The translations under genes were made by a program, and so were the position numbers. Below the pieces are notes generated by a model. The model was not told the DNA's origin, made no database searches, and was given only the letters and a program-made list of their open reading frames with translations. From Octopus sinensis (lineage: Eukaryota), in the NCBI RefSeq assembly GCF_006345805.1, contig NC_042997.1, positions 119,970,001-120,034,000 on the forward strand: a DNA stretch of 64,000 bases, read 5' to 3'. Numbering within the stretch: the first letter of the stretch is position 1; each line of letters opens with the position of its first letter. Of this stretch, positions 61,950 through 64,000 are shown one piece after another.

Positions 61950-64000
61950 TTGTTATTATTACTGTAAACCAGTTATCAGTAGAACAAAACAGCAAAACAA
62001 AAGTCAATAGTCAGTGACAGCTGTAACAGTAGTTAGAACAACAACAGCAACAACAGTGACAGCGAAAGCAACAACTTCAGCGGGGGGAAAAAAAAACTTC
62101 ACCTCCAACGCCAGTGGAAGCAGCAAATACATCACCACCAACACCCAATCATCATTAACGAAAATAAACGAGGACAATGAAAACGAACCATGTGGATGTG
62201 CTCTTTGCCGTTTTACCAAAGCGACGCAGCTAATCCGTGAAAACAAAATTTTGTAAATTAAAGTGAATTGAAAAGTATATTATTTATGTTGGAAAAATGT
62301 TGCCGAAATATGGCACTAGATGTCCCCAGATCTGTCAAACAAGAAACTAATTTGCAGACAGTTCCATACAAAACATTTGGAACAAATGATAGAAATGATA
62401 TGGAACACTAGATAGAAAAATGTCAGCCACCAATTTGGAAGAGCAAAACTTATAATGCCATTAGGTAAGTCAGAGAACACTCAGAGTGCTGTTCGACTCA
62501 GAGGCAACGAGTGGCAAACTCATCTCCATCCCCATTTCCCAAAGCTGATTCAGTGTACTGTTGTATGCTTCCTTTATGTTTCGTGTTTTTTGTTCTTTTG
62601 CCTAGAGTGCATTTAATATCGATATACCTTAAAACCAAAGCCCAAGTTACAAGTAAGATTCTTATAAAATGCTATATAATTCTATAAGATAAATTGACTA
62701 ATTTCCATATTGTATTTATTTCTGAAGATTATTGACCGTATTATAAAGCTCTTCGTGTTTTTGCTAAGGTGCGTCAGATTTGTGCCAAATTTAATGACAA
62801 TCCTAAGAGGAAAATGAACCTATCTGAAACACACATACATGACGTTTGAAGATACAATTATGCTAAATTTTTATATTTTTGATAAAGTCAAGGTCAGTTT
62901 ATTTGCTAATCAAGCACATTTTATTATGTAGCCTTTTCGTTTGCATATCTGAATTGTATCACATATATTCCTGGCAACTGTTTCTCCTAGGTTTATTGCT
63001 AACAGATTCGTATGTATATTTATCTTAAATAATTAACTCATGCAACCTGAAATGAATTATTTGTGGGTGGCAGAAGTCATTTTGCCATTCTAAAATTCCT
63101 ATCTTTTCAGTTTTGGAAGGTTCCTGAACTAATTTGTCTTTCTTCTTGTTTTGTTGCTGTCATCTACTTAGAAATGAATATTAAACAAAAAAATCCTACA
63201 TTCTTTCATAAAGTTAATAATAATATTCGATCTCAAGCAAAAATAGTAATGTTATGGTTTATTGTTGATCTATCCTTGTATCCCATATATAAAGTTGCTT
63301 AACAATCACCCTTTACTTTTACATCAAACCTTGCATTTAAAAGGAATAGGTTTGTGCTATATAAGTTACACATAAATTTAATCGTCAGTTGATAACCATC
63401 TCCATAATTCTTAATCAAAGTGTAAGCAATGATTTTTTTCATTATAATTTAAATGGTTATTAGAATAAATACTAAGTATCTTGCATGCATATCTTAAATA
63501 ATCTATTAAATCTGTTTATACCAGTGTTTCTTTTACACATCTTGAAGCTAATGTAAACAGTATCTGTAACTTTCTTTTTTTATTTAAATAGAAAACATAA
63601 ATTTCCCCCAAAATTTCAAGCAATTTAATGTTCTGATTAGTAAAAACTACCATAATGCAGAAACGATATTTATAGCACCCATTTGGTTGACTTTTGAGTA
63701 AATGATATTAAAAGTTTGACAAGAAGAGAATTATAAAGAAACTATTCATATGTGAATATTTTCGGTGTATAATTCCAATAATTATATTGATGAGTTATGA
63801 AGGAATAAACTTATTCATTTTTAACCATTTATTTACATTTCAAAAACTAGTCATACGGATATTTGATTTCTTATGAGTTATAGAAACTAAAATGTAAGTA
63901 CATATACACTGAGTAATAGATGGGTGCTTGTTATATACATCTCCTTGAATACGTGATATAAATCATATTCTAAAATTCAAAGAAAATGTAATATCTTGAA

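Noticed and set aside
62004-62256. Thr/Asn-rich ORFs next to the (AGT)n tract
   Set aside because: Short and low-complexity, with stops in the alternative frames and no recognisable domain.

Overview
AT-rich, microsatellite-dense eukaryotic DNA. The repeat families and the (TA)n/(ATT)n/(CA)n load are typical of an octopus-type (coleoid cephalopod) genome; that assignment is inference. The only clear host CDS is a single-exon GT31 beta-1,3-galactosyltransferase (558-1727, minus). The rest is transposon-derived: a near-intact R4/Dong-type RLE LINE plus many fragments, all in (AAT)n tracts; a frameshifted Neptune-type Penelope-like element (PLE) with pLTRs; an uninterrupted 904-aa Naiad-like PLE; and mariner, Chapaev-like, Helitron, RTE and SINE relics. 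The main hidden layer is RNA structure. I read 17 type I hammerhead ribozyme (HHR) motifs from about 8 families, mostly in fold-back non-coding elements embedded in (TA)n. They include a U3-A8 covariant core and two related ~355-nt retrozyme-like monomers. One monomer has been invaded, with a 12-bp target-site duplication, by a 1.67-kb element that encodes only a gag/ORF1-like CCHC protein and no RT. All folds were assigned by eye, and homopolymer indels may be assembly errors.
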